Shown here piece after piece: positions 22,010 through 31,353 of a DNA stretch of 64,000 bases. The notes beneath the pieces were generated by a model. That model searched no databases and had not been told where the DNA came from. It saw nothing but the letters and a program-made list of their open reading frames with translations. Every line of letters starts with the position of its first letter. Positions within the stretch are counted from its first letter, which is position 1. The position numbers were made by a program, and so were the translations under genes. This stretch comes from an uncultured delta proteobacterium (GTDB lineage: Bacteria > Desulfobacterota > Syntrophia > Syntrophales > UBA2185), in the NCBI GenBank assembly GCA_963729715.1, contig CAVSPA010000004.1, positions 416,001 to 480,000 on the forward strand. The letters are read 5' to 3'.

Positions 22010-23935
22010 ATGACTCTTGCAGATAGTCAAAAATTTCTTGAACCATGGAAAAAGACATATCCGGAGAAGTTTGCCAGCGAGGATGAGATATTCAGCCGCA
22101 TCCGGCGCGGCCATCACATATTTGTCACATCGGGGTGCGGCGAACCGCAGTATCTCATAGCCGCGATGACAAAGTACGTGGAATCGCACCCCAAGGCATT
22201 CTTCGATGCAGAGATCATACAAATCTATTCCCTCGGCATAGCTCCCTACACAGACGAAAAGTTCAAGAGCAATTTTCGCCATAATTCCTTTTTTATAGGC
22301 AACAATACAAGAGATCCGGTCAACAAGGGGGCGGCAGATTATACCCCTATATCTCTTTCAGATATCCCGGCATTGATGTCGGCCGGCATGGTGCAGATAG
22401 ACATCGCCCTCATTCAGACGTCATTGCCTGACGAGCATGGATTTCTCAGCCTCGGAGTGAGTGTCGATGTGGTAAAGTCGGCCGCAGAAAGTGCGTCTCT
22501 CGTGATTGCCCAGGTCAATTCCTACATGCCGCGCGCCCATGGAGACGGTTTTATCAATATCAAAGATGTGAATTTTGTCATACCGCATGACGCGCCGATC
22601 CTCGAGCTTCAGAGATCATTTTCCGAGGAGAAGACCCACTCCTTACAGCGGATAGGATTCTACGTTTCACGCCTTATTCAGGATGGTGACACGCTGCAGG
22701 TGGGATACGGAAGCATTCCCAACGCGATTATGGCACATCTATACAGTAAGAAGAATTTAGGCATCCATACGGAGCTCCTGACGGAAGGCATCGTAAGTTT
22801 AAGCCAGGCAGGCGTCATCGATAACTCAAAAAAGACCTTAAACAGGGGGAAAACAGTAGCCACATTCTGCATGGCCAAGAAGGAAACCTACGATTATATT
22901 CATGACAACCCTTCCATTGTTTTCAGAACTGTCGACTACACGAACAATCCCATGGTTATAGCTCGGAACGACAACATGGTCGCAATCAACAGCGCCCTTG
23001 AAATCGATCTCACGGGACAGGCCACATCAGAATCCATAGGCAGCATGTTTTACAGCGGCATAGGCGGCTTTCATGATTTCATGCGAGGAGCCCTGCTTGC
23101 AAAAAACGGAAAAACGATCCTGGCGATGAAATCAACCGCGGCCGACGACTCCATATCAAGAATAGTGCCGACACTCAGTCCTCAGGCAGGTGTCACCCTC
23201 AGTCGCGCTGATGTCCGCTATGTTGTAACCGAGCACGGCATCGCGTACCTCCATGGGAAAAACATCCGTGAACGGGCTATGGCACTGATCTCAATTGCCC
23301 ATCCAAAATTCCGGCCGTGGCTCATCGAAGAGGCAAAAAAGCGTGGATTGATTTACCCGGATCAGGCGTATATACCTGGCGAGAGAGGCAGATACCCGGA
23401 AGTTCTCGAAACCTACAGAACCACAACGTCAGGTCTACAGCTCTTTTTGAGACCTATGAAAATAACCGACGAGCCTCTTCTCAAAGACTTTTTTTATTCC
23501 CTTTCCGACAGAAGTCTGCACCGCAGATTTATGTCATGGCGTAAAGATATTCCGCACGAGCGATTACAGGATTTTGTTATCATCGATTACACAAAAGAGA
23601 TCTCCATACTGGCAATCATTGGATCGCAGGAGAATGAAATGATCGTGGGATTGGGCCAGTATGGGATTGACGAGGCTACGCACACGGCCGAAGTTGCCGT
23701 CGCTGTAAGGGATGACTATCAGAAAAGGGGTATCGGCACCGAGCTGTTATCCTATCTGACCTATCTTGCCAAGAGGGAAGGTTTGCTCGGATTTACGGCC
23801 GAAGTGCTTGTGGAAAATAATGCCATGCTGCAGGTCTTCGAAAAGGGCGGATTTGACATCACAAAGCAGGTTGAAGCCGGCGTGTATCATTTGAAAATGG
23901 CCTTCAGGATTCCTGAGACAGTACGAGATATATGA
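22010..23935 (+). CDS. Acetyl-CoA hydrolase/CoA-transferase fused to a C-terminal GNAT domain
   Basis: LQVGYGSIP, GIHTE, SGIGG, VVTEHG; C-terminal AEVAVAVRDDYQKRGIGT. Confidence 0.9.
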   Translation: MTLADSQKFLEPWKKTYPEKFASEDEIFSRIRRGHHIFVTSGCGEPQYLIAAMTKYVESHPKAFFDAEIIQIYSLGIAPYTDEKFKSNFRHNSFFIGNNTRDPVNKGAADYTPISLSDIPALMSAGMVQIDIALIQTSLPDEHGFLSLGVSVDVVKSAAESASLVIAQVNSYMPRAHGDGFINIKDVNFVIPHDAPILELQRSFSEEKTHSLQRIGFYVSRLIQDGDTLQVGYGSIPNAIMAHLYSKKNLGIHTELLTEGIVSLSQAGVIDNSKKTLNRGKTVATFCMAKKETYDYIHDNPSIVFRTVDYTNNPMVIARNDNMVAINSALEIDLTGQATSESIGSMFYSGIGGFHDFMRGALLAKNGKTILAMKSTAADDSISRIVPTLSPQAGVTLSRADVRYVVTEHGIAYLHGKNIRERAMALISIAHPKFRPWLIEEAKKRGLIYPDQAYIPGERGRYPEVLETYRTTTSGLQLFLRPMKITDEPLLKDFFYSLSDRSLHRRFMSWRKDIPHERLQDFVIIDYTKEISILAIIGSQENEMIVGLGQYGIDEATHTAEVAVAVRDDYQKRGIGTELLSYLTYLAKREGLLGFTAEVLVENNAMLQVFEKGGFDITKQVEAGVYHLKMAFRIPETVRDI

Positions 23936-24061
23936 TAAAGATGCTTGATGAACTTGTAGATGGCAGCAAATGCGCGTCCCGCGGGAAGCGCAGGTCACAG
24001 GACCAGCCACAATGGCATTAGTTCAAATCTTCCATAATTAGATTCTTAAGAGGTGTAACAA

Positions 24062-25102
24062 ATGTACAGTCTGGTGGTAACATCCATGCATCCCAATGCA
24101 GGTAAGACGAGTATTATAATCGGTTTGGCAAAGGCGCTGAATAAGAAAATAGGCTATATTAAACCCTTCGGAGACCGGCTGCTCTATCGTAAGAAAAGGC
24201 TGTGGGATTACGATGCAGCGCTCATGAACGGCATCTTTTCTCTCGGAGAAGACCCTGCGGAAATGAGCATCGGGTTTGATCATTCCCGGCTGTTATACAT
24301 TTTCGATAAGGATACGATCACTCAAAAAATCCGCGATCTGCGGGACAGCAACGGCAAAGACAATGAAATCCTCTTTGTCGAAGGCGGGAAAGACCTGTCA
24401 TACGGGGTCTCCGTTTACCTCGATGCCCTATCCATCGCGAAGGCATTGAATGCCGACCTTGTAATCGTGATCAGTGGCAAGGACGATACTATTATCGACG
24501 ATATCGTCTTCTTGAAAAACCATGTTAATCTTGGCGCAGTCAACCTCAAAGGAGTCATCATCAACAAGGTGCCCCACCTCGAGGATTTCGTAAACATCCA
24601 TCTTCCCAAGATAAAATCACTAAATGTCAACGTACTCGGCTTAATTCCGTTTAATGAGGAATTGCCGCGGTTTACGGTGAATTTTCTTGCCGATCGTCTG
24701 TTTGCAAAGGTTATTACAGGCGAATCATTTCTGAATCGCCCGGTGAAGAACATCATCATAGGCTCCATGTCGGCCAGCGCTGTTGTAAATCTTCCCGTAT
24801 TTCATGAAGAGAAGAAAGTCGTCATAACGAGTGGCGACCGCCATGACATGATTACCGCTGCAATGGAAGGCGATACGGCGGCTGTCATACTCACCTGCAA
24901 CATCGAGCCCACTCCGGAGCTCGTCTCGAAGGCGACGGAACGGAAGATTCCTCTCCTGCTTGTATCACCTGATACTTACCAGATCGCCAAGCAAATAGAT
25001 TTCATGGAACCGCTCCTACAGAAGGATGACGCTGACAAAATATTTCTCCTCGAACAAATCATCAAGAAGCATGTCCACCTGCAGGAGTTCCAAGGGTCAT
25101 AG
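24062..25102 (+). CDS. Phosphotransacetylase N-terminal-like protein (BioD-like + DRTGG domains)
   Basis: AGKTS, IKPFG, VEGG, GVIINKV, ITSGDR; no catalytic PTA domain. Confidence 0.85.
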   Translation: MYSLVVTSMHPNAGKTSIIIGLAKALNKKIGYIKPFGDRLLYRKKRLWDYDAALMNGIFSLGEDPAEMSIGFDHSRLLYIFDKDTITQKIRDLRDSNGKDNEILFVEGGKDLSYGVSVYLDALSIAKALNADLVIVISGKDDTIIDDIVFLKNHVNLGAVNLKGVIINKVPHLEDFVNIHLPKIKSLNVNVLGLIPFNEELPRFTVNFLADRLFAKVITGESFLNRPVKNIIIGSMSASAVVNLPVFHEEKKVVITSGDRHDMITAAMEGDTAAVILTCNIEPTPELVSKATERKIPLLLVSPDTYQIAKQIDFMEPLLQKDDADKIFLLEQIIKKHVHLQEFQGS

Positions 25103-25113
25103 GGCACACGGCT

Positions 25114-26475
25114 ATGATCAATCCTGAGGTTTTCAGAGAGTATGACGTCCGGGGCGTTGTTGACAAGGACTTGGATTTTGACTTCGTCTACGGCCTGGGA
25201 AGGTCTATCGGAACATACTCAATTCCCCGCGGCATCAAGACGATGACTCTCGGCATGGACTGCCGTCTCAGCTCCCCCGCCTACCATGAAGCGATAAGAA
25301 AAGGGATCAATTCCACGGGAATCAATATCATCGATATCGGCCTGTGTGCCACCCCGGTGCTTTACTTTGCCATACGGCATTTTAATGCGGATGGAGGAGT
25401 GATGATTACCGGAAGCCATAATCCGCCCGAGTTTAATGGTTTTAAGATATGCGTGGGACCGGACACCATCTACGGGCCCGATATCCAGGAACTGAGAAGG
25501 ATAATGGAAAGCGGAAAATACATATCAGGGCATGGAACCAATCGCTTTGCGGATATTTCCAGACACTATGAAGATTGTCTATTTACCAACGTTACGATTA
25601 AGGAAGGGTTGAATATTGTCGTAGACGGCGGAAACGGCGTAGGCGGAATATTTGCCCTCCCCCTTTTTAAACGCTTCGGCTGTAATGTAACAGATATCTA
25701 CTGTGATCCAGACGGCCGTTTCCCCAACCACTTTCCCGATCCAACGGTTCCTGAAAACCTGACGGAACTGATCTCACTGGTTAAGGAGAAACGAGCGGAC
25801 ATTGGCATAGCTTACGATGGCGATGCCGATAGGATAGGCGTAGTGACAGACAAAGGGACAGTGCTCTGGGGAGATGAGCTTCTCCTACTTTTTTCCAGAT
25901 TTATCCTCAAGAACTCACCTGGCGCATCCATCATAGGCGAGGTTAAGTGCTCGCAGAAACTTTATGACGACATTGAAAAACATGGCGGCAGACCGATAAT
26001 GTGGAAGGCCGGTCACTCCCTGATCAAGAGCAAAATGAAGGAAGAAAAAGCCCCCCTGGCCGGTGAAATGAGCGGCCACCTCTTCTTTGCCGATAGATAT
26101 TTCGGATATGACGACGCCATCTATGCCTCTCTCAGGCTTCTTGAGATCATATCGATGTCAGGGGAAGGAATCAGCGAAATGCTTGCCGATGTGCCCCGGA
26201 CTTTCACTACCCCCGAGATCCGTGTGGACTGCCCTGACCACATAAAATTTAATGTGGTTGAAGAGGTCAAAAAGCACTTCAGAAAAACCCACAAGATCAT
26301 CGATGTTGACGGTGTGCGTATTCCTTTTGTAGATGGATGGGGCCTTGTACGTTCATCCAACACACAGCCTGTTTTAGTCCTCCGATTTGAAGCCTTAACC
26401 GAGGCAGGGCTGCATTTGATAAGAGAAACCGTGGAGAACGTCCTTTACACTATAATGCAAAAACACCTGCAATAA
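25114..26475 (+). CDS. Phosphomannomutase/phosphoglucomutase (AlgC-like)
   Basis: FREYDVRG, TGSHNP, DGDADR, GEMSGH, RSSNTQP. Confidence 0.95.
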   Translation: MINPEVFREYDVRGVVDKDLDFDFVYGLGRSIGTYSIPRGIKTMTLGMDCRLSSPAYHEAIRKGINSTGINIIDIGLCATPVLYFAIRHFNADGGVMITGSHNPPEFNGFKICVGPDTIYGPDIQELRRIMESGKYISGHGTNRFADISRHYEDCLFTNVTIKEGLNIVVDGGNGVGGIFALPLFKRFGCNVTDIYCDPDGRFPNHFPDPTVPENLTELISLVKEKRADIGIAYDGDADRIGVVTDKGTVLWGDELLLLFSRFILKNSPGASIIGEVKCSQKLYDDIEKHGGRPIMWKAGHSLIKSKMKEEKAPLAGEMSGHLFFADRYFGYDDAIYASLRLLEIISMSGEGISEMLADVPRTFTTPEIRVDCPDHIKFNVVEEVKKHFRKTHKIIDVDGVRIPFVDGWGLVRSSNTQPVLVLRFEALTEAGLHLIRETVENVLYTIMQKHLQ

Positions 26476-26803
26476 TCACCGCCCTGCGCTTTATCATCCC
26501 CACACCATAACTTCACCCTCGGCATCAGAGCTTCGCCTCGGACGAAGTCATTAAATAATCACCTTGGACCCTGCAAATGGGGAGAACAGCAATGTATGTT
26601 TTTACCTATAGTTATACCTACCAAAAATTACATACCGAGAACTTTGACATGATCTTCCCCCACCTGATAGAAAATAGGCAATTCTATTTCAGTTTTTAGA
26701 GATAGTTGCATTGGAGAGGGCAGTCTAAATTTTATATCTTTTGATAGACTGTGAAATATGATGATCGCAAAAGCTACATTACGTGAGAAAGGAATAGAGG
26801 GAA

Positions 26804-27028
26804 ATGGGTACAAGCAGAAAGAATAATAATTGGATACCGAATAAACAAAAATTAACGCCTTGTGTATGCCCCAGGTGCACTGCCAAACATAAGAAGATGA
26901 TCTTCTGGACCGGAAATATTCCCGCAAGAAAGTTCTGTCCGTCTTGCGAGCAGATTGCAGAACGCGACTACACTTTCGAACCCTATTCGCTGGGGTATAT
27001 GGACAAGGACGAATTATTCTCGTACTGA
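26804..27028 (+). CDS. Small Cys-rich putative zinc-binding protein
   Basis: CxCPRC...CPSC; purine-rich RBS GAGGG upstream. Confidence 0.6.
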   Translation: MGTSRKNNNWIPNKQKLTPCVCPRCTAKHKKMIFWTGNIPARKFCPSCEQIAERDYTFEPYSLGYMDKDELFSY

Positions 27029-27246
27029 GTTATTTCTATCAGACTGACGTCAGCAGACCTTCCACTTGCGCCACAGAACTATTCGTCATTCTTGAATGCG
27101 TACGTTCGCGGCAGGTTTCAGCCCCTCCGACACCCACAAATAGAAAACCACTCAATCAATCATGCCCCAAGAAAATGTCTTCGCAGAATCTGAGAGAGCA
27201 TCAAGGCAGTCTCCGCCCCGTGGTGTAATACGCACGTAAAAATGAG

Positions 27247-27275
27247 AAGGGGTCATGGCTCGCTCATAACCCCTT
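27247..27275 (-). terminator. Hairpin terminator, probably the original tRNA-Pro terminator displaced by the island
   Basis: AAGGGGTTATG...CATGACCCCTT then CTCATTTTT on the minus strand, just beyond the att copy. Confidence 0.65.
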
Positions 27276-27283
27276 GAGTCTGC

Positions 27284-27312
27284 TGGTCGGGGCGGGAGGA
27301 TTTGAACCTCCG
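27284..27312 (-). repeat. Distal att site (duplicated 3' end of tRNA-Pro)
   Basis: Exact match to 36198-36226. Confidence 0.93.
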
Positions 27313-27602
27313 GTATTGTATGGTAACTAGCGGATTATATTAAGCTTAATTTCATGTTACCGAACGTTTACCCAATTTTTGTCTCTGTTACTGCTCACCA
27401 CATTATCATTTTCTTTAAAGCTGTTTAGTCGTATTTAGACTAAACGCATATCTGCCTGCAAGCAACAGAATCTGCATACAGAACAAGAACCGCCATTTCA
27501 AGTTGCCAGTTACGATCACAGGCCCAGTTCATTGATAATGGAGAGAGAGATATAACCTTCTCCCTTTTCTCACCGTTTAAATCTAAAAAATGAAATTTGG
27601 GC

Positions 27603-27630
27603 TTGCTAATTATATAAATACTTATATAAT
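27603..27630 (+). promoter_or_regulatory. TA promoter with an inverted-repeat operator
   Basis: TTGCTA-N16-TATAAT overlapping ATTATATAA-ATAC-TTATATAAT. Confidence 0.65.
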
Positions 27631-27636
27631 GTATCC

Positions 27637-27957
27637 ATGAAGATGAAGCCGCTGAAATTCATGGGATAGAGTCTAGATGATCTTCGTAACTTTCCTGATG
27701 AAGCGCGTAGGACCGTGGGCTTTGAACTTTATGCTGTTCAGTTAGGACTAGAACCAAGCGATTGGAAGCCGATGCCGATTGTCGGATCCGGTGTAAGGGA
27801 AATACGTATCCATATACTTGGGGAATGGCGGGTTATCTATGTCGCCAAGCTTCACGAAGTGATTTATGTGCTTCATTCCTTTCAAAAGAAAACGAGAAAA
27901 ACAGGTAACCGAGATATTGAGTTGGCTCGCCAACGTTACAAGCAAATTGGAGGATAA
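27637..27957 (+). pseudogene. RelE/HigB (Gp49-like) toxin with an in-frame TAG at codon 11
   Basis: MKMKPLKFMG*SLDDLRNFPDEARRTVGFEL...GVREIRI...WRVIY...VLHSFQKK; TAG at 27667-27669. Confidence 0.85.
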
Positions 27958-27960
27958 GCT

Positions 27961-28245
27961 ATGAGCGATGCGATTATTAAATCTTCCGGCAATGTATTTA
28001 TTGATCTGGGATATGCTCCAGAAGAGGCCGCAATTCTTCAGATGCGTGCTGATCTCATGGTCAAACTCCGTAAGTTTATTGAAACCAGGAAACTTACGCA
28101 GGCCAATGCTGCGAAAATTCTTTGCATCAGTCAGTCTAGGGTATCCGACCTGATTAGAGGAAAATGGGAGAGATTTAGCCTCGAAATGCTTGTCACTCTT
28201 GCCACGAGGGCAGGAATGCAGGTAAGTCTGAAAACAGCGGCATAA
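27961..28245 (+). CDS. XRE-family HTH antitoxin (HigA-like)
   Basis: SSGNVFIDLG, LTQANAAKILCISQSRVSDL, FSLEML; directly follows the toxin gene. Confidence 0.9.
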   Translation: MSDAIIKSSGNVFIDLGYAPEEAAILQMRADLMVKLRKFIETRKLTQANAAKILCISQSRVSDLIRGKWERFSLEMLVTLATRAGMQVSLKTAA

Positions 28246-28598
28246 AGAAGATGACGAACTACTCCACGAGGGAAGGAACTGGGCAAAAAATAGTTGGGAG
28301 CAGGTTTACCTTTACACATTAGGTCAAAGCCGATTATTGGATCGGCTTATAGATTACAGATCCAAGGCACAATGGCTAAACTGCTGGCTTCTACGTTTCG
28401 GGGGTTATATGGATCTTCCTGTGCTCATTAAATCTGCCTTTATTGTATGGATGCCTATTCCGATGATTCCGCCACTCGATTCCGAAGGAAGCGGCCACCC
28501 TGTTCCGATTCAAAGCGCCAGGGTGTTCCGGTTGATTCCGCCACCCCTTGTCGGAGCATAGCGACGCTGGTTTTTAGCTCTTTCTCATAGAAGCTTCT

Positions 28599-29342
28599 TC
28601 AGGTCAAGCCGGCATATTTTTTTCTCAGGGAGCCTCCTTTCATGGACAGGTTTATTTTATGGGCGTTATGGATCAACCGGTCAAGGATAGCATCGGCGAT
28701 GGTGGGATCGCCGATCTGTTCATGCCAGTGCTCCACGGGGAGTTGACTGGCGACGATAGTAGAGGCGTGGCCATGTCTTTCCTCAACGACCTCCAGGAGG
28801 TCTCTTCGTTCGGCATCGGTCATGGGAGCAAGGCCGAGATCGTCAATCACCAGGACATGGGCCTTGGCGAGTTTGTTGATGGTCTTGCCGTAGCTTCCGT
28901 CTCCCCTGGCCAGGACCATCTGGTATGAGAACGCGGGGGATCGGACGTAGAGAGCACGGTATCCTTCCCGACAAGCCTTGTTGGTCAGAGCGCAGGCGAG
29001 GAAGGTTTTTCCCGCACCGGTGGGGCCGGTGATAATAATGTTGTGGTGTCGTTTGACCCAATCGCAGGAGCTGAGGCTCATCATAACTGAGCGATCGAGT
29101 CCCCGCGGGGTTTTATAGTCGATATCCTCAATGCAGGCATTGAGTTTCATCCGGGCATTTTTCAGATATCGTTCCAATCGGTTGTTTTCTTTCCAGGTCC
29201 ATTGACGATCTACAATAAGACCGAAACGTTCTGCGAAGGAGAGCTTATCCATATCCGGCTGGTTTTGCTGATCGGCGAAGGCCTCCGCCATGCCCGTCAG
29301 TTTCAGTTCATAAAGTTTGTTTATGGTCTGTTGATCAAGCAT
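28599..29342 (-). CDS. istB: IS21 helper AAA+ ATPase
   Basis: GPTGAGKT Walker A, LVIDDLG Walker B, ADAILDRL; ATG 29342 overlaps the istA stop. Confidence 0.95.
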   Translation of the reverse strand: MLDQQTINKLYELKLTGMAEAFADQQNQPDMDKLSFAERFGLIVDRQWTWKENNRLERYLKNARMKLNACIEDIDYKTPRGLDRSVMMSLSSCDWVKRHHNIIITGPTGAGKTFLACALTNKACREGYRALYVRSPAFSYQMVLARGDGSYGKTINKLAKAHVLVIDDLGLAPMTDAERRDLLEVVEERHGHASTIVASQLPVEHWHEQIGDPTIADAILDRLIHNAHKINLSMKGGSLRKKYAGLT

Positions 29343-30897
29343 CGACAGCCTCCTCTTGCTGGTAATATTCCCTTCCCCGGATGTTGTAATGGAGGATCGG
29401 TTTTTCGGAAGAGAGGGATTCCGGCAACTCCTGTTTGTCAAGGTTGGTTTTCAGGATCGATTCGACGCTCTTGTAACTGTAGGCCCTCAGCAGCAGGGAA
29501 CGTCCACAGGCTGCCTCCACCCGCTCGGATGAGTATCGCTTTACCAGCCTCATGATGCCCAGACAGGAGCGGAAACCCTGCTCCGGATGTTTACGGTTCT
29601 CCATGATGCAGGAAGCCAGATTACGGGTGTTGGGACCGTTTTTACCTGCCCAGTCCATGATCCGGGAAGGAGTCCATTCTAAATATTTTTGGTGTGCCTT
29701 GGGCATATGTTCTGCCAGCGTTGTGTGCGCACCTCTGTGGTAACTTCTCGGATGGGTTGCGACGCGACGGTTTTTGAACAACGCCTCGATGGTGGTCGCC
29801 GTGAAGCGGACCTCCACCTGTTCTTTTACAAGTTGATAGGGAACACTGTAATAGTGACCGTCGATCTCGATGTGGTAATCGATGTTGACTCTCGCCTTCT
29901 TCCATTCGGCATATTCATAAGGAGAAGAAGGCAGCGGTTTCAAAGCTGGCCGGTCAATGGTTTCGTAAAGACTCCTCCGGGTGCCGTCCATCTTTTGGAA
30001 CTTGCGGCTGTTCATGTCCTGAAGCTTTTCGGCAATAGCCCGGTTCAGTTCCACGATGCCGAAGAAAGTGTGGTTCCGAAGCGCCGCCAAGATCCACCGT
30101 TCCGCCACAAAAACCGCCGATTCTGCTTTGGCCTTGTCCTTCGGTTTGGCGATGCGGGTGGGAATGACTACCGCTCCATAATGTTCCGCCAGATCATGAT
30201 AGGTCGGATTGATGTCCGGTTCGTAGGTGCAGGGTTTGTTCACGCCGGATTTGAGATTGTCGGGAACAAGGATCTCCGGGACGCCCTCGAAGAAGTTAAA
30301 TGCCCGGATATGGGCATCGACCCAGGAAGGAAGATCCTGCGAGAAAGAGGCCCACGCAAACGTGTAGCTGCTGGCGCCCAAGGCGGCGATAAAAAGATGC
30401 GCCTCTTTTATTTGCCCGGAAACCGGATCCGTAACAGGGATCGTCTGACCGGCATAGTCAACAAAGACCTTTTCCCCGGCCCGATGGGTCTGGCGCAGGC
30501 AAACATCCAGCTTGCCCGTCCACTGGCGATAAAGGAGACAGAACTGACTGTATTGATACCCATCCGGGTTGGCTGCTCTATATTCCAGCCACAGAAGATA
30601 TAGGGTTACCCCCTTGCGGTTCAGCTCCTTACGGAGGTACTCCATTGCGGGTAGTCCTCCCTTGTCAGGGGCTTTTGTTGGTGCTGGCGGAAACATCAGC
30701 GCTTCAAGGGAGCCGTCATCGAGATCGGGGCTCAGAGGCCAACTCAGACCGGCGTTTTGAGCGCGTGCCAAGTATCCCCTGATTGTGCTCCGGGCGATAT
30801 TGCAGCTTTGTGAAATCTGCTGGTTGGAGAACTTTTTCTCCCACTTCAATCGTAGAACTTCTTTTATGGTGCGCATGGATAACCTTTCTGCCGCCAC
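29335..30897 (-). CDS. istA: IS21 DDE transposase
   Basis: N-terminal HTH, FVDYAG, VPDNLKS, KPKDKAKAE, YYSVPY. Confidence 0.95.
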   Translation of the reverse strand: MAAERLSMRTIKEVLRLKWEKKFSNQQISQSCNIARSTIRGYLARAQNAGLSWPLSPDLDDGSLEALMFPPAPTKAPDKGGLPAMEYLRKELNRKGVTLYLLWLEYRAANPDGYQYSQFCLLYRQWTGKLDVCLRQTHRAGEKVFVDYAGQTIPVTDPVSGQIKEAHLFIAALGASSYTFAWASFSQDLPSWVDAHIRAFNFFEGVPEILVPDNLKSGVNKPCTYEPDINPTYHDLAEHYGAVVIPTRIAKPKDKAKAESAVFVAERWILAALRNHTFFGIVELNRAIAEKLQDMNSRKFQKMDGTRRSLYETIDRPALKPLPSSPYEYAEWKKARVNIDYHIEIDGHYYSVPYQLVKEQVEVRFTATTIEALFKNRRVATHPRSYHRGAHTTLAEHMPKAHQKYLEWTPSRIMDWAGKNGPNTRNLASCIMENRKHPEQGFRSCLGIMRLVKRYSSERVEAACGRSLLLRAYSYKSVESILKTNLDKQELPESLSSEKPILHYNIRGREYYQQEEAVDA

Positions 30898-31353
30898 GGT
30901 GTCCTCCTGGGTTTTTGTCAGGAGTCCTAACGGCTTTCATCGGATTTATCCAGCGTCGTTTATCCCTTCATCAGGGGTGGCGGATTGGATCGGAATCGGG
31001 TGGCGCTTTCCGTCATATTCGGGTGGCGGAATGAATCATATTAGGGTGGCGCTTTCAATCATATTCGGGTGGCGGCTTGCGTCGGAATACTCAGTATGGA
31101 TACTCGACTCTAAATCCTTACAGTGTTCCATTCGACTAATTCGCTGAATGCCAGTTGAAATGCGCACTACATGAACTGCCTATTTTTCCGTCAAAGGAAA
31201 GTGTGAATGACTTCCTTGTTGTTTTCTACATTCAGACAACACGTACTACACTTCACTCGGTAATGGCTAAAAAATCGCAGGACTCTAAGTCAAAATTTGT
31301 CACATGTTCTGGGGCAGGTCAACATCCGCCGTGACTATTCGTAGCTTCGCAAG

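Larger units (their letters stand above)
28452..31093 (-). mobile_element. IS21-family insertion sequence
   Basis: TG...CA ends, imperfect IRs (TGCCTATTCCGA / TGAGTATTCCGA), multiple subterminal repeats, 7-bp target duplication GTATGGA at 28445-28451 and 31094-31100. Confidence 0.93.

Noticed and set aside
23960..24015. GC-rich hairpin between the GNAT fusion and DRTGG genes
   Set aside because: No riboswitch consensus or U-tract; cannot be assigned.
27284..27312. Possible second tRNA-Pro gene
   Set aside because: Only the 3' 29 nt are present; it is the att duplication.
29689..30603. 304-aa ORF on the plus strand
   Set aside because: Antisense shadow of istA.
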